64,000 nucleotides of DNA, from NCBI GenBank assembly GCA_963666215.2, contig CAXWPL010000002.1, forward strand, positions 320,001 through 384,000, read 5' to 3'. The DNA is from Acidobacteriota bacterium (GTDB taxonomy: Bacteria > Acidobacteriota > UBA890 > WLXD01). The notes under the pieces were generated by a model. The model worked only from the letters and a program-made list of their open reading frames with translations, was not told where the DNA came from and searched no databases. Each line of letters begins with the position of its first letter. The first letter of the stretch is position 1. The position numbers were made by a program, and so were the translations under genes. Shown one piece after another: positions 1 through 12,919 of the stretch.

Positions 1-166
1 CCGTCTGGACCACCTGTACAAGCCGATCTGCGACCCGCGCCAGAACACGCGCCGGCCGCATTGCGAGAGGGCTGCGGTCAACCTCTAGATTCGCCTTGTC
101 GACGCCCATCCGGCGGCTGCGACCGCCCGCGAGCAGTGCGCCCAGCACGTCGGTAGACTGCTCCGA

Positions 167-1339
167 ATGATCCGCAAGACCCGTCTCGTCACGCCCGGCC
201 CGGCGCCTGTCCATCCCGCCGCGATCGCCGCCGCCGTGGAGCCGCTGCCGCACCATCGGACGGCCGAGTTCAAGCGGCGGTTTCTGGCGATCCAAGCGGG
301 TTTGCAGGCCGCGTTCCGCACCGCTGGACCCGTGGCGGTGATCGCGTCGTCGGGTACCGGGGCGATGGAGGCCTGCCTGGTGAACCTGTTCGCGCCGGGC
401 GATCGTCTGCTGGTGCTGTCGGCCGGCAAGTTCAGCGGCCGCTGGGCGGAGATCGCCGAGGCGTTCGGAATACGTGCACATGTGGTCAGCATAGCCGCGG
501 GCGAGCCGTTCGGTGCTGAGGACGTCGCCGAGGCGGTAGCCGCCCGCACGCCGATCGCCGGTCTGCTGATGACGGCGTCAGAGACCTCGACCGGTGCCGC
601 GTTCGATGTTCCGGGCGCGGCCGCGGCGGCGCGCCGTGTGATTCCCGACGTTGCCGTTGTTGTGGATGCCATCACCGGTATCGGTGCGATGCCGATCCAT
701 ACCGACGAATGGGAGCTCGACGCCGTCTGTGGCGGCTCACAAAAGGCCTTCATGGTTCCGCCCGGCCTTGGCTTCGTGGCCTGCTCGCCACGCGGCTGGG
801 AGCGTGTTGCCGAGAGTCGTGGCAAGCCTCGCTATTATATGGATCTGCGCAAGTACCGCGACGGGGCTTCTGAGGGTCAAACACCGTTCACGCCCGCCAC
901 GGGGCTGCTGTTGCAGCTCGAGGCGGCACTCGCCGCGCTCGCGGAGGCTGGTGGCATTGGGGCGCTCGAGCGCAACGCTCAGCGGCTGGCGGGTGCGACG
1001 CTCGCGGCGGCCGAGGCGCTCGGGTTGGAGCTGCTGTCGCCCACGACGCCGAGCCCAGCCGTGACCGCGATTCGTGCTCCGCGGTCGGGCGTAGCGCCGG
1101 AGATCGTGGAGCGCATGCGTGACAAGCACGGCATTCAGATCGCCGGTGGCCAGGGTGACCTCAAGCCCGACATCTTCCGCATTGGCCACATAGGCTATCT
1201 CGACGAGTTCGACCTTCTGGGCACGATCGCGGCACTCGAGCGCGTGCTCGTTTCGATGGGCTTCCCGAGCCAAGCGGGGGGCGGGGTGGCCGCCGCCTCG
1301 GCGGCTCTCGATTCCAGCGCAAGCTTCACAGCCGACTGA
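167..1339 (+). CDS. Class V PLP aminotransferase (alanine-glyoxylate / serine-pyruvate family)
   Basis: TPGP, SSGTGAME, DAIT, GSQKA (PLP lysine) and FRIGHIG motifs; directly upstream of serA. Confidence 0.9.
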   Translation: MIRKTRLVTPGPAPVHPAAIAAAVEPLPHHRTAEFKRRFLAIQAGLQAAFRTAGPVAVIASSGTGAMEACLVNLFAPGDRLLVLSAGKFSGRWAEIAEAFGIRAHVVSIAAGEPFGAEDVAEAVAARTPIAGLLMTASETSTGAAFDVPGAAAAARRVIPDVAVVVDAITGIGAMPIHTDEWELDAVCGGSQKAFMVPPGLGFVACSPRGWERVAESRGKPRYYMDLRKYRDGASEGQTPFTPATGLLLQLEAALAALAEAGGIGALERNAQRLAGATLAAAEALGLELLSPTTPSPAVTAIRAPRSGVAPEIVERMRDKHGIQIAGGQGDLKPDIFRIGHIGYLDEFDLLGTIAALERVLVSMGFPSQAGGGVAAASAALDSSASFTAD

Positions 1340-1349
1340 TTCACCCCGG

Positions 1350-2993
1350 ATGAGTCAACGCGTTCTCGTTTGCGGTCGCCTGCCGGACGCCGGCCGAGAC
1401 CACTTCGAGAGCGCCGGGCTCGAGGTCGACCACCAGCCCGATCGCGGCGCCGGTAGCCTTGCCGACATCATCGAGCCGTACGCCGGGGTGATCATCCACT
1501 CGCCGCATCAGGTCGACGTGGCCGCGCTCGCGGCCGGCTCGAATTTGCGCGTCGTGGGCCGCGCCGGCGTCGGTGTTGACAATATCGACGTCGACGCCGC
1601 CACGCGCCATGGCGTGCTGGTGATGAATCTGCCGTGGGGTAACACCGTGACCGCGGCCGAGCACACGATTGCCATGATGATGGCTCTGGCACGCAACATC
1701 CCTCAGGCCTCGGCGGCCCTGCGGCAAGGCACCTGGGAACGCGGGCGCTATCTGGGCACCGAGATCAAGGACAAGACGCTCGGCATCGTCGGGCTCGGGC
1801 GTATTGGCAGGGAGGTCGCGCGGCGCGCCCGAGGCATGGAGATGCGGGTGCTCGGGGTTGACCCGATCCTCAGTCCGTCGGTTGCCGCCGACCTCGGCAT
1901 CGAGCTGCTGGAGCTCAACGAGCTGCTGCCGCGGGTTGATTTTCTGACGCTGCATGTTCCGCGTACCCCCGAGACGGTCGGATTGATCGGCGAAGAAGCC
2001 CTTGCTGCCGTGAAGCCGGGCGCTCGCATCATCAATTGCGCTCGCGGCGGGCTGATTGACGAGGCGGCGTTGCTCGCGGCGCTCGAGAGCGGCCACGTCG
2101 CCGGCGCCGCCTGCGATGTCTTCGCCACCGAGCCCACCGACAACACCGACCTTCTGGCGCACGAGCGCTTCATCGGCACGCCGCACCTGGGCGGCGCCAC
2201 GCACGAGGCCCGCCGGCGAGTGGGTGAGGGGATCTGCCAGCAGGTCGCCGACTTTCTGTCTTCCGGAAAGATCCGGCACGCCGTTAACGTGCGAGCTCTG
2301 CCTCCGGAGGACCAGCAGAAAATGCTGCCCTACCTGGCGCTCGGCGAGCGCCTAGGCAGCTTCATCGGGCAATGCTTCAGCGGCATCGACTCTCTGGAGA
2401 TCGAGACACTGGGCGAGATCAACGCCTACACGCTGCGGCCAGTGGTGTCGCGCATCGTCGAAGGGCTGCTGCGAACCCGCACGGACGCAGGCGAGAGGGG
2501 CGGCGACTTCGAGCGCGTCAACGTCGTCAACGCCATGGCGCTGGCTCGCGACCACGGCCTGCGTGTTGAGCATCGCCGACGTGACGGCGACTCCGGGTAC
2601 TCGAGCCTGGTGCGCGTCACGGCCCACGCCGAGAGCGGCGTGCACACGGCGGCCGGTACCGTGTTCGAGCACGGCGGTGGTGATGTCGCTGACGCCGAGC
2701 CGCAGCTGCGCTTCGTGCAGATCGAGGACCTCCCCATTGAGCTGGCCCCCGCCGGCCATCTCGTTGTTCTCGCCAACGACGACCGCCCCGGCGTGATCGG
2801 CATGCTCGGCGCCTTCCTCGCCGAGCGCGCCATCAACATCGCCGACATGCGTCTCGGCCGCGACGCCGAGGGCGGCCAGGCCATCGCCGCGGTGACCGTG
2901 GATCAGCCGCTGTCGCTGGCCGACCGCGACGAGCTCGCCTCGCGCCCAGGAATTCGCTGGCTCCGGGCGGTCTCGTTCGGCGCCGCTTCCTAA
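1350..2993 (+). CDS. serA: D-3-phosphoglycerate dehydrogenase, type I with C-terminal ACT domain
   Basis: [29 protein letters not shown]; C-terminal DRPGVIG ACT motif. Confidence 0.95.
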   Translation: MSQRVLVCGRLPDAGRDHFESAGLEVDHQPDRGAGSLADIIEPYAGVIIHSPHQVDVAALAAGSNLRVVGRAGVGVDNIDVDAATRHGVLVMNLPWGNTVTAAEHTIAMMMALARNIPQASAALRQGTWERGRYLGTEIKDKTLGIVGLGRIGREVARRARGMEMRVLGVDPILSPSVAADLGIELLELNELLPRVDFLTLHVPRTPETVGLIGEEALAAVKPGARIINCARGGLIDEAALLAALESGHVAGAACDVFATEPTDNTDLLAHERFIGTPHLGGATHEARRRVGEGICQQVADFLSSGKIRHAVNVRALPPEDQQKMLPYLALGERLGSFIGQCFSGIDSLEIETLGEINAYTLRPVVSRIVEGLLRTRTDAGERGGDFERVNVVNAMALARDHGLRVEHRRRDGDSGYSSLVRVTAHAESGVHTAAGTVFEHGGGDVADAEPQLRFVQIEDLPIELAPAGHLVVLANDDRPGVIGMLGAFLAERAINIADMRLGRDAEGGQAIAAVTVDQPLSLADRDELASRPGIRWLRAVSFGAAS

Positions 2994-3134
2994 CGAGGTG
3001 AGCACCGCTACCCTGGCGCGGTGGAGGCCACCCAGGTGGCGTCGCGTGCTCGACCTGGCGAACCGGGACCGTGAGCGTTTTACAATCGCGACTTTCACGG
3101 AACGACGCACGACTCTGGAGGGGGTTGAGAACGG

Positions 3135-5354
3135 ATGACCAGCACTCGCGATTCGGTGCACATCGGCAATCTCGAGATCAACCGTTTGCTCTACGAACTC
3201 GTCCGCGACGAGGTTGCCCCGGGCACGGGTCTCGAACCCGACGCGGTATGGAGCGAGCTCGCCGGCATCGTCGCCGCGCTGGGCCCCAAAAACCGATCGC
3301 TGCTGGATGCACGGAACGTGATTCAGAGCCGGATCGACGCCTGGCATCGCGAACGCGCTGGTCGGTCTGAGCCGCTCGACGCCGTTGAGTATCGCGACTT
3401 CCTCGTCGAGATCGGGTATCTGGTGACGGAGGGCGACTCGTTTTCCGTTTCTACGACCGGCGTCGATCCTGAGATCGCGTCGATTGCCGGGCCGCAGCTC
3501 GTCGTCCCTGTCGATAACGCCCGCTACGCGCTCAACGCCACCAACGCGCGCTGGGGAAGCCTCTACGACGCGCTCTACGGCACGAACGTGATTTCCGAGG
3601 ATGACGGCGCCGCGAAGGGCTCGACCTACAACCCCGTTCGCGGTGCTCGGGTGGTTGCCTACGCCAAGCGCTTTCTCGACGAAGCCGTGCCCCTCGCTTC
3701 CTCGAGCTCGCCGTCCGCCAGGGCCAGCTACTCCGACGTTGTCGGCTTCGCACTACGGTCGGGCCCTCGCTTGACCGTCGAGCTCGCCGGCGGCGGGCAG
3801 AGCGAGCTTGCCGACGCTTCGCAGTTCGCCGGCTACACGACCGCCGCGGGGACAGCGGAATCTGAGCAGGCCTCGATCCTGCGGTGTAACAACGGCCTGC
3901 ATCTCGAGATCCAGATCGATCGCGACCATCCCGTGGGCGCGAAGGACGTCGTGCTCGAGAGCGCCGTCACCACCATCCAGGATTGCGAGGACTCGGTCGC
4001 GGCGGTCGACGCCGCCGACAAGGTGGGTGTGTATCGCAACTGGCTCGGAATCATGAAGGGCACGCTCGAGGCAACCTTCACGAAGGGCGGCCGCGAGGTG
4101 ACCCGGCGGCTGGGCTCCGATCGGGTGTATCACGATCCGTTGAGCGCAGACGGAGGCGAGCTGACCCTGCGGGGTCGTAGCCTCCTGCTCGTCCGCAACG
4201 TCGGGATCCACATGCACACCGATGCGGTGACCTTCGCCGGCGAGCCGATTCCGGAGGGCTTTCTCGACGCGCTGATCACCTCGTTCGGCCGCGACGGCGA
4301 CGATGGTGTTCGCAATAGCCGTGTTGGCAGCGTCTACATCGTCAAGCCGAAGCTGCATGGTCCGGCAGAGGTGGCGGCAACGGTGGAGCTGTTCGCGAGC
4401 ATCGAGCAGGCGCTCGGATTGCCAGAGCTGACGCTGAAGATCGGCATCATGGACGAGGAGCGCCGCACTACCGTCAATCTCGCGGAGTGCATCCGAGCCG
4501 CGGCGAATCGGGTGATTTTCATCAACACCGGCTTCCTCGATTGCACCGGCGACGAGATCCACTCCAGCATGGAGGCCGGCCTGATGATTCCGAAGCCGGC
4601 CATCAAGAACAGCGCCTGGATGCTTGCCTACGAGGACTGGAACGTCGACATCGGCATCGAGTGTGGTCTGCCCGGTAGGGCGCAGATCGGCAAAGGCATG
4701 TGGGCCGCGCCCGACGAGATGAAGGCGATGGTCGACACCAAACAAGCGCACCCCGAGGCCGGTGCCAACACCGCCTGGGTACCGTCGCCTACCGCCGCGA
4801 CTCTGCATGCCATGCACTACCACCGCGTGAAGGTGGCCGAATCTCAGGCTCGGCTGGCCGATCGTGGGCGCGCCGATCTGGGCGCCATTCTCACGCCGCC
4901 GCTACTGGAAGGTCGACAGCTCTCTTCCGAGGAAATCGCCACCGAGCTCGACAACAACGCGCAGGGCATTCTCGGCTACGTCGTCCGTTGGGTGGGGCAG
5001 GGGATCGGCTGTTCGAAAGTGCCCGACTTCAGCGACGTGGGACTCATGGAAGACCGCGCGACCCTCCGCATCTCGAGCCAGCACATCGCCAACTGGTTGC
5101 ACCACAGTATGGTCACGAAAGACCAGGTGCTTGGCTCTTCCAGGCGAATGGCGGCGGTCGTTGATCGGCAGAATGCCGGCGACCCGCTCTACTCGGCCAT
5201 GGCCGCCGACTTCGACGCGTCGATCGAGTTCCAGGCCGCCCTCGATCTCGTCTTCAAGGGCCGCGACGAGCCCAACGGATACACCGAGACGGTTCTGCAC
5301 GCGCGGCGCCGTGAGGCGAAGGGAGCCAGCGCAGGTGAGCCCGCAGCTGCCTAG
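3135..5354 (+). CDS. glcB: Malate synthase G, with apparent small deletions and substitutions
   Basis: [49 protein letters not shown]. Confidence 0.95.
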   Translation: MTSTRDSVHIGNLEINRLLYELVRDEVAPGTGLEPDAVWSELAGIVAALGPKNRSLLDARNVIQSRIDAWHRERAGRSEPLDAVEYRDFLVEIGYLVTEGDSFSVSTTGVDPEIASIAGPQLVVPVDNARYALNATNARWGSLYDALYGTNVISEDDGAAKGSTYNPVRGARVVAYAKRFLDEAVPLASSSSPSARASYSDVVGFALRSGPRLTVELAGGGQSELADASQFAGYTTAAGTAESEQASILRCNNGLHLEIQIDRDHPVGAKDVVLESAVTTIQDCEDSVAAVDAADKVGVYRNWLGIMKGTLEATFTKGGREVTRRLGSDRVYHDPLSADGGELTLRGRSLLLVRNVGIHMHTDAVTFAGEPIPEGFLDALITSFGRDGDDGVRNSRVGSVYIVKPKLHGPAEVAATVELFASIEQALGLPELTLKIGIMDEERRTTVNLAECIRAAANRVIFINTGFLDCTGDEIHSSMEAGLMIPKPAIKNSAWMLAYEDWNVDIGIECGLPGRAQIGKGMWAAPDEMKAMVDTKQAHPEAGANTAWVPSPTAATLHAMHYHRVKVAESQARLADRGRADLGAILTPPLLEGRQLSSEEIATELDNNAQGILGYVVRWVGQGIGCSKVPDFSDVGLMEDRATLRISSQHIANWLHHSMVTKDQVLGSSRRMAAVVDRQNAGDPLYSAMAADFDASIEFQAALDLVFKGRDEPNGYTETVLHARRREAKGASAGEPAAA

Positions 5355-5425
5355 CCGATTACCTGGCCAACGCGTGTTCGGCTCAGCGGATCTCGGCGAG
5401 GCCTAGATTCGACGGATCTATCGCC

Positions 5426-5886
5426 ATGGAGATTCCCGACGCACTTCGCCTTCAGGTTGTCTCGGCTCAGACTGCGCTCTCGACGGTCTCTTGGTGATGC
5501 TGGAGTTTCGCGGGGGGACGGTGTTTCCCTGCAAGATCGTCTTTCCCAAGACCGACGCGAGTGGCCAGGCTGTCGTGACGAAAGCCGAGTTCCTCGGGCA
5601 GTTCTCCGACCGCCTGGAGGTGGGGCACGGCGGTTCCGTCAACGATCTCTTCTCGATCGCGACGGTGATGTTCTACTACCCGGCCGTTCTCATCGACGAT
5701 CGCGATGCGGTGCTATCGATGCCGCTGTTGGGTCACGAGAAAACGCAGTGGGTCACTCGGCAGGAATGGTTCGATTACCACACCTCGTGTCGGAATCTCG
5801 AGTTCTGGGCCGGCGACTCGAGTGTCAACCTGGCGCTCACGAGCACGGTGACTCTTTCCGTCGAGCCGCGTGCGGTACCCACGTAG
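5426..5886 (+). pseudogene. Hypothetical protein, probably frameshifted near 5477
   Basis: ATG at 5426 reads MEIPDALRLQVVSAQTA and then stops; a shifted frame continues LDGLLVMLEFRGG... to 5886. Confidence 0.4.
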
Positions 5887-6030
5887 GGCCCGGGCTGGCG
5901 TGCCTTATCATCGGGTCGCAGCGCGACCCTCTCGGCCTTGTTGTGCCCTGCTTGTGTACCGCCCCAGGTATCGCCATCGCCGAGGCAGCCGAGCCGAACG
6001 CCACGTTCGCGAACGTCACAGAGGAATGCC

Positions 6031-6810
6031 ATGACCCACTGGATCCGCTTCGAGCGCAACGGTGCGACAGCGTTCGGGACCCTCGCCGACGGCCAGATCG
6101 CCGTGCACGAAGGCGACATGTTCAGCGAGCCGCGCGCCACTGACGACGCCGTGCCCCTCGACGCCGTCACCGTGCTGATTCCGTGCGAGCCGACAAAGAT
6201 GATCGGCCTGTGGAACAACCTCGGTGCTGCTGCCGAGAAGAACGGCTGGGCCACTCCGGAAGAGCCCCTGTATTTCTTCAAGCCGCCGTCGTGTTTCTTG
6301 CCGCACAAGGGCGAGATCGTCCGCCCCGCGTCCTACGACGGCCGCTTGTTCTACGAGGGTGAGCTCGGTGTCGTCATTGGCCGCCGCCGCAAGGACGTCT
6401 CGGCAGCCGACGTCGACGACTGCATCTTCGGCCACGCGTGCGTGAATGACGTGACGGCTTTCCAGCTCATCGATGTGGACACGTCGTACGCCCAGTGGTG
6501 CCGCGCCAAGAGCTTCGACACCTTCGGGGTTTTTGGCCCGGTCATCGCGACGGGTCTCGACCCGCATTCGCTGCAAGTGAAAACCCACGTCAAGGGCCGC
6601 ACCCGCCAGGACTACCCGGTCAGCGACATGTTCTTCTCGCCTCAGGAGCTGGTGCAGCGCATCTCCCGCGACATGACGCTCGAGGCCGGCGACATCATCA
6701 CCTGCGGCACCTCTACCGGCGTCTTACCGATGCGCCCAGGCGCGACCGTCGAGGTCGAGATCGACGGCATCGGAACGCTTTCGAACACGCTCGCGAAGCC
6801 CGACGGGTAG
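6031..6810 (+). CDS. Fumarylacetoacetate hydrolase family protein
   Basis: FFKPPS, YEGELGVVIG, NDVTA, AKSFDTF, GDIITCGT. Confidence 0.9.
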   Translation: MTHWIRFERNGATAFGTLADGQIAVHEGDMFSEPRATDDAVPLDAVTVLIPCEPTKMIGLWNNLGAAAEKNGWATPEEPLYFFKPPSCFLPHKGEIVRPASYDGRLFYEGELGVVIGRRRKDVSAADVDDCIFGHACVNDVTAFQLIDVDTSYAQWCRAKSFDTFGVFGPVIATGLDPHSLQVKTHVKGRTRQDYPVSDMFFSPQELVQRISRDMTLEAGDIITCGTSTGVLPMRPGATVEVEIDGIGTLSNTLAKPDG

Positions 6811-6860
6811 ACATCGGGAGTCGACACCGGCCGTCTGAAACTTCGGCAGTTGCCCGACCA

Positions 6861-7265
6861 CTAATAGTGGATGAGCTGCAGCTCGGGAACGCGTTCGAAG
6901 TTTTTCGCGTTGCGTGTGATCAAAGCCGAGCTTTCTATGACGGCGCACGTGGCGATAAGAAGATCCATGGTTCCGATCGTTTCCCCCCGCCGCCGCATTG
7001 CGGCGCGAAGTCGGCCGTAGGTGGGCGGGAAAGCCTCGGTGATGGGTACCACCTGGAGGCTGGCGAGGATGTTATTGACCACTGCGAGCTCCGCGGCGAG
7101 GCGATGTGAGAGCTCCACGCCAACCTGCATCTCACAGGCAACGAAGACGGAGACCCAGAGGTCCTCGTGGCGCAATTCCTCCAGCTTCAGGGAGGCAGGA
7201 CCGGACTCGACGCCGTGAGCCTCGCGGCAAAGATCCACAACGAAGGTGCTGTCGAGATGGATCAC
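6861..7265 (-). CDS. vapC: VapC-type PIN-domain toxin
   Basis: GTG start overlapping the antitoxin stop; HLDSTF, GTMDLLIAT, LITRNAKNFERVPEL. Confidence 0.85.
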   Translation of the reverse strand: MIHLDSTFVVDLCREAHGVESGPASLKLEELRHEDLWVSVFVACEMQVGVELSHRLAAELAVVNNILASLQVVPITEAFPPTYGRLRAAMRRRGETIGTMDLLIATCAVIESSALITRNAKNFERVPELQLIHY

Positions 7266-7495
7266 AGCTCCGTGATGGGCGCCGGGTCGTCGCGCCGCGC
7301 CGCGATCTCTCGGTCGATGGAGTCGAGTACGTCCTCGCTGATCGTGACGCGCTCGAGGACCGCGAGCAGATCCGCACCCGTGCGCACACGGCCGAAGTGC
7401 TCCTTGATGACTTGCGAGAACGACTGCCCAGGACGTTTGTGGCGCGCCAGCGTCTCGTAGGCTTCCATGTCGATCGTGATGGTCTTTACTGCCAT
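7262..7495 (-). CDS. vapB: VapB-family antitoxin
   Basis: MAVKTITIDMEAYETLARHKRPGQSFSQVI pattern; GTGA overlap with the PIN gene. Confidence 0.8.
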   Translation of the reverse strand: MAVKTITIDMEAYETLARHKRPGQSFSQVIKEHFGRVRTGADLLAVLERVTISEDVLDSIDREIAARRDDPAPITEL

Positions 7496-7898
7496 GCACT
7501 TATCATGCACTTACTCGAGGAGAGCGGCAAGAAACAAGGAAAGACGCCGGCGGATATCGTGTTCCGCCACCTCTATCTGACGGCCACGCGTTTGCCGGTT
7601 TCCGGGCCTCATGATAGCTTCGGGCCTGTTCTTCAGGGCGTTTTTTTGGAGCCCTTCGACGGCCGTATAACGGCGTCGCCTCAACGACCTCGTACGACCC
7701 TCTGTCGGCCGCTCTGCGCCAAACGTGAACAGGAATCGCGCGCAGGGTCGCGGGACCGCATCGCTCGCTGCCGGGGAAAATCGCGATCTTCGGGTCCTCG
7801 GACCTTCGGGGCCTCAGACGGACGACAACTCCGAGCTCAACAGTTCTCAGACCTCACGGCTGAACCGCAAAAGCGGCGAGATACCGAAAGAAAACGCC

Positions 7899-9155
7899 AT
7901 GTCCGACTTCTACACCGCGCCCGCCGAAGGCGAGAAGATTACCGTCGACAGTGACGGCAACCTCGTTGTTCCGGATCACCCGATCATCTGCTGGCTCGAG
8001 GGCGACGGCATTGGTGCCGACATCTGGGTTGCCACGCACGCGGTGATCGCGGGCGCCGTCGAGAAGGCGTACGGTGGCTCGCGCAAGATCGCATGGATGG
8101 AGGTTCTCGCGGGCGAGAAGGCGCACGAGAACGTCGACGACTGGCTGCCACAGCGCACGCTCGACACCATCATGGAGCACCTGGTGTCGATCAAGGGGCC
8201 CATGACAACGCCGATTGGCGGCGGCATCCGCAGCATCAACGTCGCGCTGCGCCAGTTGATGAATCTGTATGCCTGCGTCCGCCCGGTGAAGTACTACAAG
8301 GGCACGCCGTCGCCCGTCCGCGCTCCCGAGAAGATGGACATGATCATATTCCGCGAGAACACCGAGGACGTGTACTCCGGCATCGAGTGGGAATCAGGCA
8401 CTCCCGAAGCCGAGAAGGTTGCTGACTTCCTGCGCAATGAAATGGGCGTGAAGGACAAGATCCGGCCGCTCGCGGGCATTGGCATCAAGCCCATGTCGCC
8501 CGAAGGCTCGAAGAACCTCATCCGCAAGGCCATTCGTTACGCCATCGAGCACGGCCGCGACACGGTGACCCTGATGCACAAGGGCAACATCATGAAGTTC
8601 ACCGAGGGCGCCTTCCGCGGCTGGGGCTACGAGCTCGCCAAGGAGGAATTCGCCGATCAGACGATCAGCGAGGACGAGCTCTGGGACGACCACGGCGGCA
8701 AGCGCCCCGAAGGCAAGGTGGTGATTCGCGATCGCATTGCCGACTCGATGTTCCAGCAGATTCTCATTCGGCCCGATGAGTACGGCGTGATCGCCACGTC
8801 CAACCTCAATGGCGACTACATCTCCGACGCCTGCGCCGCGCAGGTTGGTGGCCTGGGCATCGCGCCCGGCGCCAACATCGGCGACCACGTGGCGCTGTTC
8901 GAGCCCACGCACGGCACGGCGCCGAAGTACGCCGGCCAGGACAAGGTCAACCCGTCGTCGCTGATCCTGTCGGCCGTGATGATGCTCGACTACATTGGCT
9001 GGAATGAGGCCGGCCGGTTGATCGAGGAGGCTCTAGAAAGAGCCCTGTTCGACAAGACCGTTACCTATGATCTGGAGCGCCAGATGGAAGGCGCCACCCT
9101 TCTGAGCTGCTCGGCCTACGGCGAACAGCTTGTAAAGAACATGGATTCTCTATAG
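7899..9155 (+). CDS. icd: Isocitrate dehydrogenase (homodimeric NADP type)
   Basis: [47 protein letters not shown]. Confidence 0.97.
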   Translation: MSDFYTAPAEGEKITVDSDGNLVVPDHPIICWLEGDGIGADIWVATHAVIAGAVEKAYGGSRKIAWMEVLAGEKAHENVDDWLPQRTLDTIMEHLVSIKGPMTTPIGGGIRSINVALRQLMNLYACVRPVKYYKGTPSPVRAPEKMDMIIFRENTEDVYSGIEWESGTPEAEKVADFLRNEMGVKDKIRPLAGIGIKPMSPEGSKNLIRKAIRYAIEHGRDTVTLMHKGNIMKFTEGAFRGWGYELAKEEFADQTISEDELWDDHGGKRPEGKVVIRDRIADSMFQQILIRPDEYGVIATSNLNGDYISDACAAQVGGLGIAPGANIGDHVALFEPTHGTAPKYAGQDKVNPSSLILSAVMMLDYIGWNEAGRLIEEALERALFDKTVTYDLERQMEGATLLSCSAYGEQLVKNMDSL

Positions 9156-9234
9156 AGAGATCTCTCTGTAAAGAGCCCCGACCGCGAGCTTCGCGGCGAC
9201 GACTCGCCCGCGACCGCCAGGAGATAGCGAAACA

Positions 9235-10164
9235 ATGGCTCTCAAGAAAGTCACCGTCGTCGGCGCCGGCCACGTTGGCGCCACCACCGCCTACAGCATC
9301 GTCAACCGCGGCCTGGCCGACGTCGTGCTGATCGACATCCTCGAGGGCGTGCCGCAGGGCAAGGGCCTCGACATGGCCGAAGCGCTGCCGATTCTCGGCG
9401 GCGACTGCAAGGCCTCGGGCACGAACAACTACGTCGACACCCAGGGCTCCGACATCGTCGTTATCACCGCTGGCCTGGCCCGCAAGCCCGGCATGTCGCG
9501 CGACGATCTTCTTTATAAGAACACTCAGATCGTTGGGAGTGTCACGGAGGAAGTCGCCAAGTACTCGCCCGACGCCATCCTGATCATCGTCACCAACCCG
9601 CTCGACGCGATGACCCACATCGCCCACAAAAAGTCGGGCTTCCCGCGCGAGCGCGTCATGGGCATGGCCGGCGTTCTCGACTCGGCCCGCATGCGCGCCT
9701 TCATCGCCATGGAGCTGGGGCTGTCGGTAGAGAACACCCACGCCTTCGTGCTCGGTGGCCACGGCGACACCATGGTGCCGCTGCCGCGCTTCTCCACCGT
9801 TGCCGGCGTGCCCATTACCGAGCTGATGAGCGCCGAGCAGGTCAACCGGATTGTCGACCGAACCCGCAACGGCGGCGCCGAGATCGTCAAGCTTCTCGGC
9901 ACCGGCTCGGCCTACTACGCCCCCGGCGAGTCGATCGCCGAGATGATCGAAGCCATCCTGCTCGATAAGAAAAAGGTCCTCCCCGTGGCGGCCCGACTCG
10001 AAGGCGAATATGGCGTCGACGGGTTGTTTGTTGGAGTTCCGGCCGTCCTCGGTATCAACGGCATGGAGAAGGTCTTCGAGATCAAGATGACCGCCGACGA
10101 GCAGGCCGAGTTCGACCGCTCCGTCGACCACGTCCGCGATCTGGTCGCGAAGCTGGAGGCCTGA
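9235..10164 (+). CDS. mdh: Malate dehydrogenase (LDH-like)
   Basis: [25 protein letters not shown]. Confidence 0.97.
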   Translation: MALKKVTVVGAGHVGATTAYSIVNRGLADVVLIDILEGVPQGKGLDMAEALPILGGDCKASGTNNYVDTQGSDIVVITAGLARKPGMSRDDLLYKNTQIVGSVTEEVAKYSPDAILIIVTNPLDAMTHIAHKKSGFPRERVMGMAGVLDSARMRAFIAMELGLSVENTHAFVLGGHGDTMVPLPRFSTVAGVPITELMSAEQVNRIVDRTRNGGAEIVKLLGTGSAYYAPGESIAEMIEAILLDKKKVLPVAARLEGEYGVDGLFVGVPAVLGINGMEKVFEIKMTADEQAEFDRSVDHVRDLVAKLEA

Positions 10165-10167
10165 TCG

Positions 10168-10596
10168 ATGGCCGATCTCTCGAAAGAGCGGACCCTGGCG
10201 ATGATCAAGCCGGACGCTGTGTCGCGCGGCGACGCTGGCAAGATCCTCGCCCACTACGAGGCCGAGGGCTTCACCATCCTGGCTTGCAAGAAGGCGCGTC
10301 TGTCACGCGCCGAGGCCGAGGCCTTCTACGAAGTCCACCGCGAGCGGCCGTTCTTCGGCAGCCTCGTCGACTTCATGACGTCGGGGCCGATCTACGCCGT
10401 GGCGATGGGGCGTGAGAACGCGATTGTGCATTTACGCGAGGTGATGGGGGCGACGAATCCCGAGGAAGCTGCCGAGGGGACGATCAGGGCGCTGTATGCG
10501 GAGAATATCGAGAGGAACTCGGTGCACGGCTCGGACTCACCGGAGACGGCGGCGGTGGAGTTGGCGTTTCATTTTGCGGGTCGAGAGCTATTCTAG
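10168..10596 (+). CDS. ndk: Nucleoside diphosphate kinase
   Basis: IKPDAV, MGATNP, NSVHGSDS. Confidence 0.97.
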   Translation: MADLSKERTLAMIKPDAVSRGDAGKILAHYEAEGFTILACKKARLSRAEAEAFYEVHRERPFFGSLVDFMTSGPIYAVAMGRENAIVHLREVMGATNPEEAAEGTIRALYAENIERNSVHGSDSPETAAVELAFHFAGRELF

Positions 10597-10663
10597 CCGG
10601 CGACGGTCCGGCGAGGCCGCCGAACGGACGAGCCGCGTGACTCGCCGCGCCGGACGAGCTGCC

Positions 10664-12918
10664 ATGGGCGGCAAGCTGCGTGTACTCGTGGTGGCGACGC
10701 TCGCGTGCGGCACCTTGGCACCGTCGGTCCGGCCGGTGGCTGCGGTTTCGGCAGCCGCCCAGGACGAGCCGCGTCGACTCACGCTGGAGCGGTTGTACTC
10801 GCTGCCCAGCCTCATCGGCACCGCGCCGCGTGGGTCTTCCTGGTCGGCGGACTCCGAGCGCTTGGCGTTTCTCTGGAACGATCGCGGCGAGAGCTTCCGC
10901 GACGTTTGGGTGGTCGACATCGGTGATGCCGAGCTGACTCCAATGCGCGCCACCATGATGCCGAAACCCACGGCCGACGCCGAGTCGGACGATCCGTTCG
11001 AGATCGCCCGGGCGGCGGAGCGCGTCGAGCGTGACGGCGGTGCGGCGTCGGCGATCTGGCATCCTGGCGGGCGCCATCTATTGGTGAGCTTCCGTGGCGA
11101 TCTCTGGCGCGTGGTGCTCGGGCAGCAGCCAGTGCCGATAACCGAGACCCCGCAACCTGAGTCGGGTGCGGCCTACTCGTCGGACGGGAGACGCCTGGCC
11201 TTCATGAGGGGCGGTGATGTTTGGACGTTGCCGGCGGGCAGTGGCGTCTCAGTGGCGGCCACGCGGGTGACGTCGTTGGCGGCCGACGGAATTCGCGTCG
11301 GGAGCTTTCTGTGGCCGCCCGACGGCTCGCAGTTGGCGGTTGAGGAGGTCGATAGTCGCGCGGTGCCGGAGCGAGGAATTCCCGACTACCTGGGCGACGA
11401 GCCGGTGATGGTGCGCCTGCGGCGTGCCTATCCGGGCGATCCGGCGCCACGGCGGCGGATCGGGTTGGTCGACGTATCGCGCGGCGCCTCTGCGTCGATC
11501 GAGTGGCTGGAGCTGGCCGACCCAGCGCCCGACCTGTTGCTGAGCTACACGTGGTCGCCGCACGGTGCGTCGCTGGCGATCGACACGAGCGACCTGTACG
11601 CCAAGGACCGGCGCGTCTACGTCGCCGACGCAACGAGCCAAGCGCCGGCCGTCAGGATCGTGGCGCGCGATCGGGACGACGAGAACGAGACCTTCTACTT
11701 TTGGCGCATCGCATGGGCGAGCGACTCGAGCCGGCTGTACTTCCTGTCGGATCGTGAGGAGGACTATCACGTCTGGTCGGTAGATCCGGCGCGCCCCACG
11801 GCGGCGCCGCGGAGGCTGACCGGCGGCGACTGGGCCGTGGTCGAGATGCGCCCGGTCGACAGTGGCCTGGTCGTGGTCGGCAATCACGGTCGGGCTGAGG
11901 AGCGCCACCTGTTCCGGGTTGGGGACTCGGCCTCGGTAGGCGAGCTGACCCAGCTCAGCCAGCGTACTGGCAGCCATGCACCGGTAATCTCACCCGACGG
12001 ACACTGGGCAGCAGTCGCCCACTCGAGCGACGACTCACCGCCCGACCTGTTGTTGACGTCGCTGGTTGGCGAGCGCACCGAAGACACCGAGCGCACCGTC
12101 ACACATTCGCCGTTGCCGGAGTTCGGTCGCTACCGCTGGGTCACGCCGAGCTACGTCTCTTTCCGCAGCCACGTCGATGGCTCGACGCTACACGCTCGAC
12201 TGACGCTACCGCCTGACTTCGATGCCAACCGCAGATACTCAGCGATTCTCGGTTCGGTCTATACCGACAGCGTCCGTAACCAGTGGGGTGGGCGCACGGC
12301 GCACCCTACCTGGGGCCTCGATCAGTACCTCGCCCAGCAGGGGTACGTCCTGCTCAATGTCGACATGCGCGGCAGCTGGGGCGCGGCCGCGAGCATCGTC
12401 GCGGCATCCGGCTCGACTATGGCGGTATCGATATCGAGGACCTCGAGAGCGGCGTGCGTTTCTTGCAGACGCTTGGATACGTCGACATGAATCGGGTCGG
12501 CATCTGGGGGTCGAGCTACGGCGGGCTGATGACCGCGATGTCGCTGTTCCGCAAGCCGGGCTTGTACGCCGCGGGCATCGCCGGCGCGCCGGCCACCAAC
12601 GTCTGGCATGCCCTCACCGGGCAGATGGCGGTGATGATGCGGCCCGAGGATCAGCCGGAGGAGTACACCGACTCGTCGGCGTTCCTGCACGCCGATGGTT
12701 TGGAAGATCCGCTGATGATTATCCATGGCATGCGTGACCGAGTAGTGCTGTACAAAGACTCCGTGACGCTCGTGCAGAGATTGTTAATGCTCGGCAAGAA
12801 TGTCGATTTCGTTACGCTGCCGAACTCCGCCCACGGTTGGGACAACGAAGGGCTGGCGCAGACGCGTTTTGCCTTCCGCAAGATGGTGGACTTTTTCGAT
12901 CGACATCTGAAGAACTGA
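10664..12918 (+). pseudogene. S9 family (dipeptidyl peptidase IV-like) peptidase split by a 1-bp frameshift near 12382
   Basis: Signal peptide and beta-propeller up to DMRGSWG in one frame; RGREHRRG...GSSYGG...D...H catalytic domain in another; could be a sequencing error. Confidence 0.85.
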
Positions 12919-12919
12919 C

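Noticed and set aside
167-10164. Glyoxylate shunt or serine-cycle operon
   Set aside because: No isocitrate lyase or malyl-CoA genes here; the genes fall in separate units and glcB looks eroded
10400-10596. G/T-ending codon shift in the last third of ndk as proof of a foreign tail
   Set aside because: It starts well before the 32-bp core, and such skew is common at operon ends in GC-rich genomes; not used as evidence
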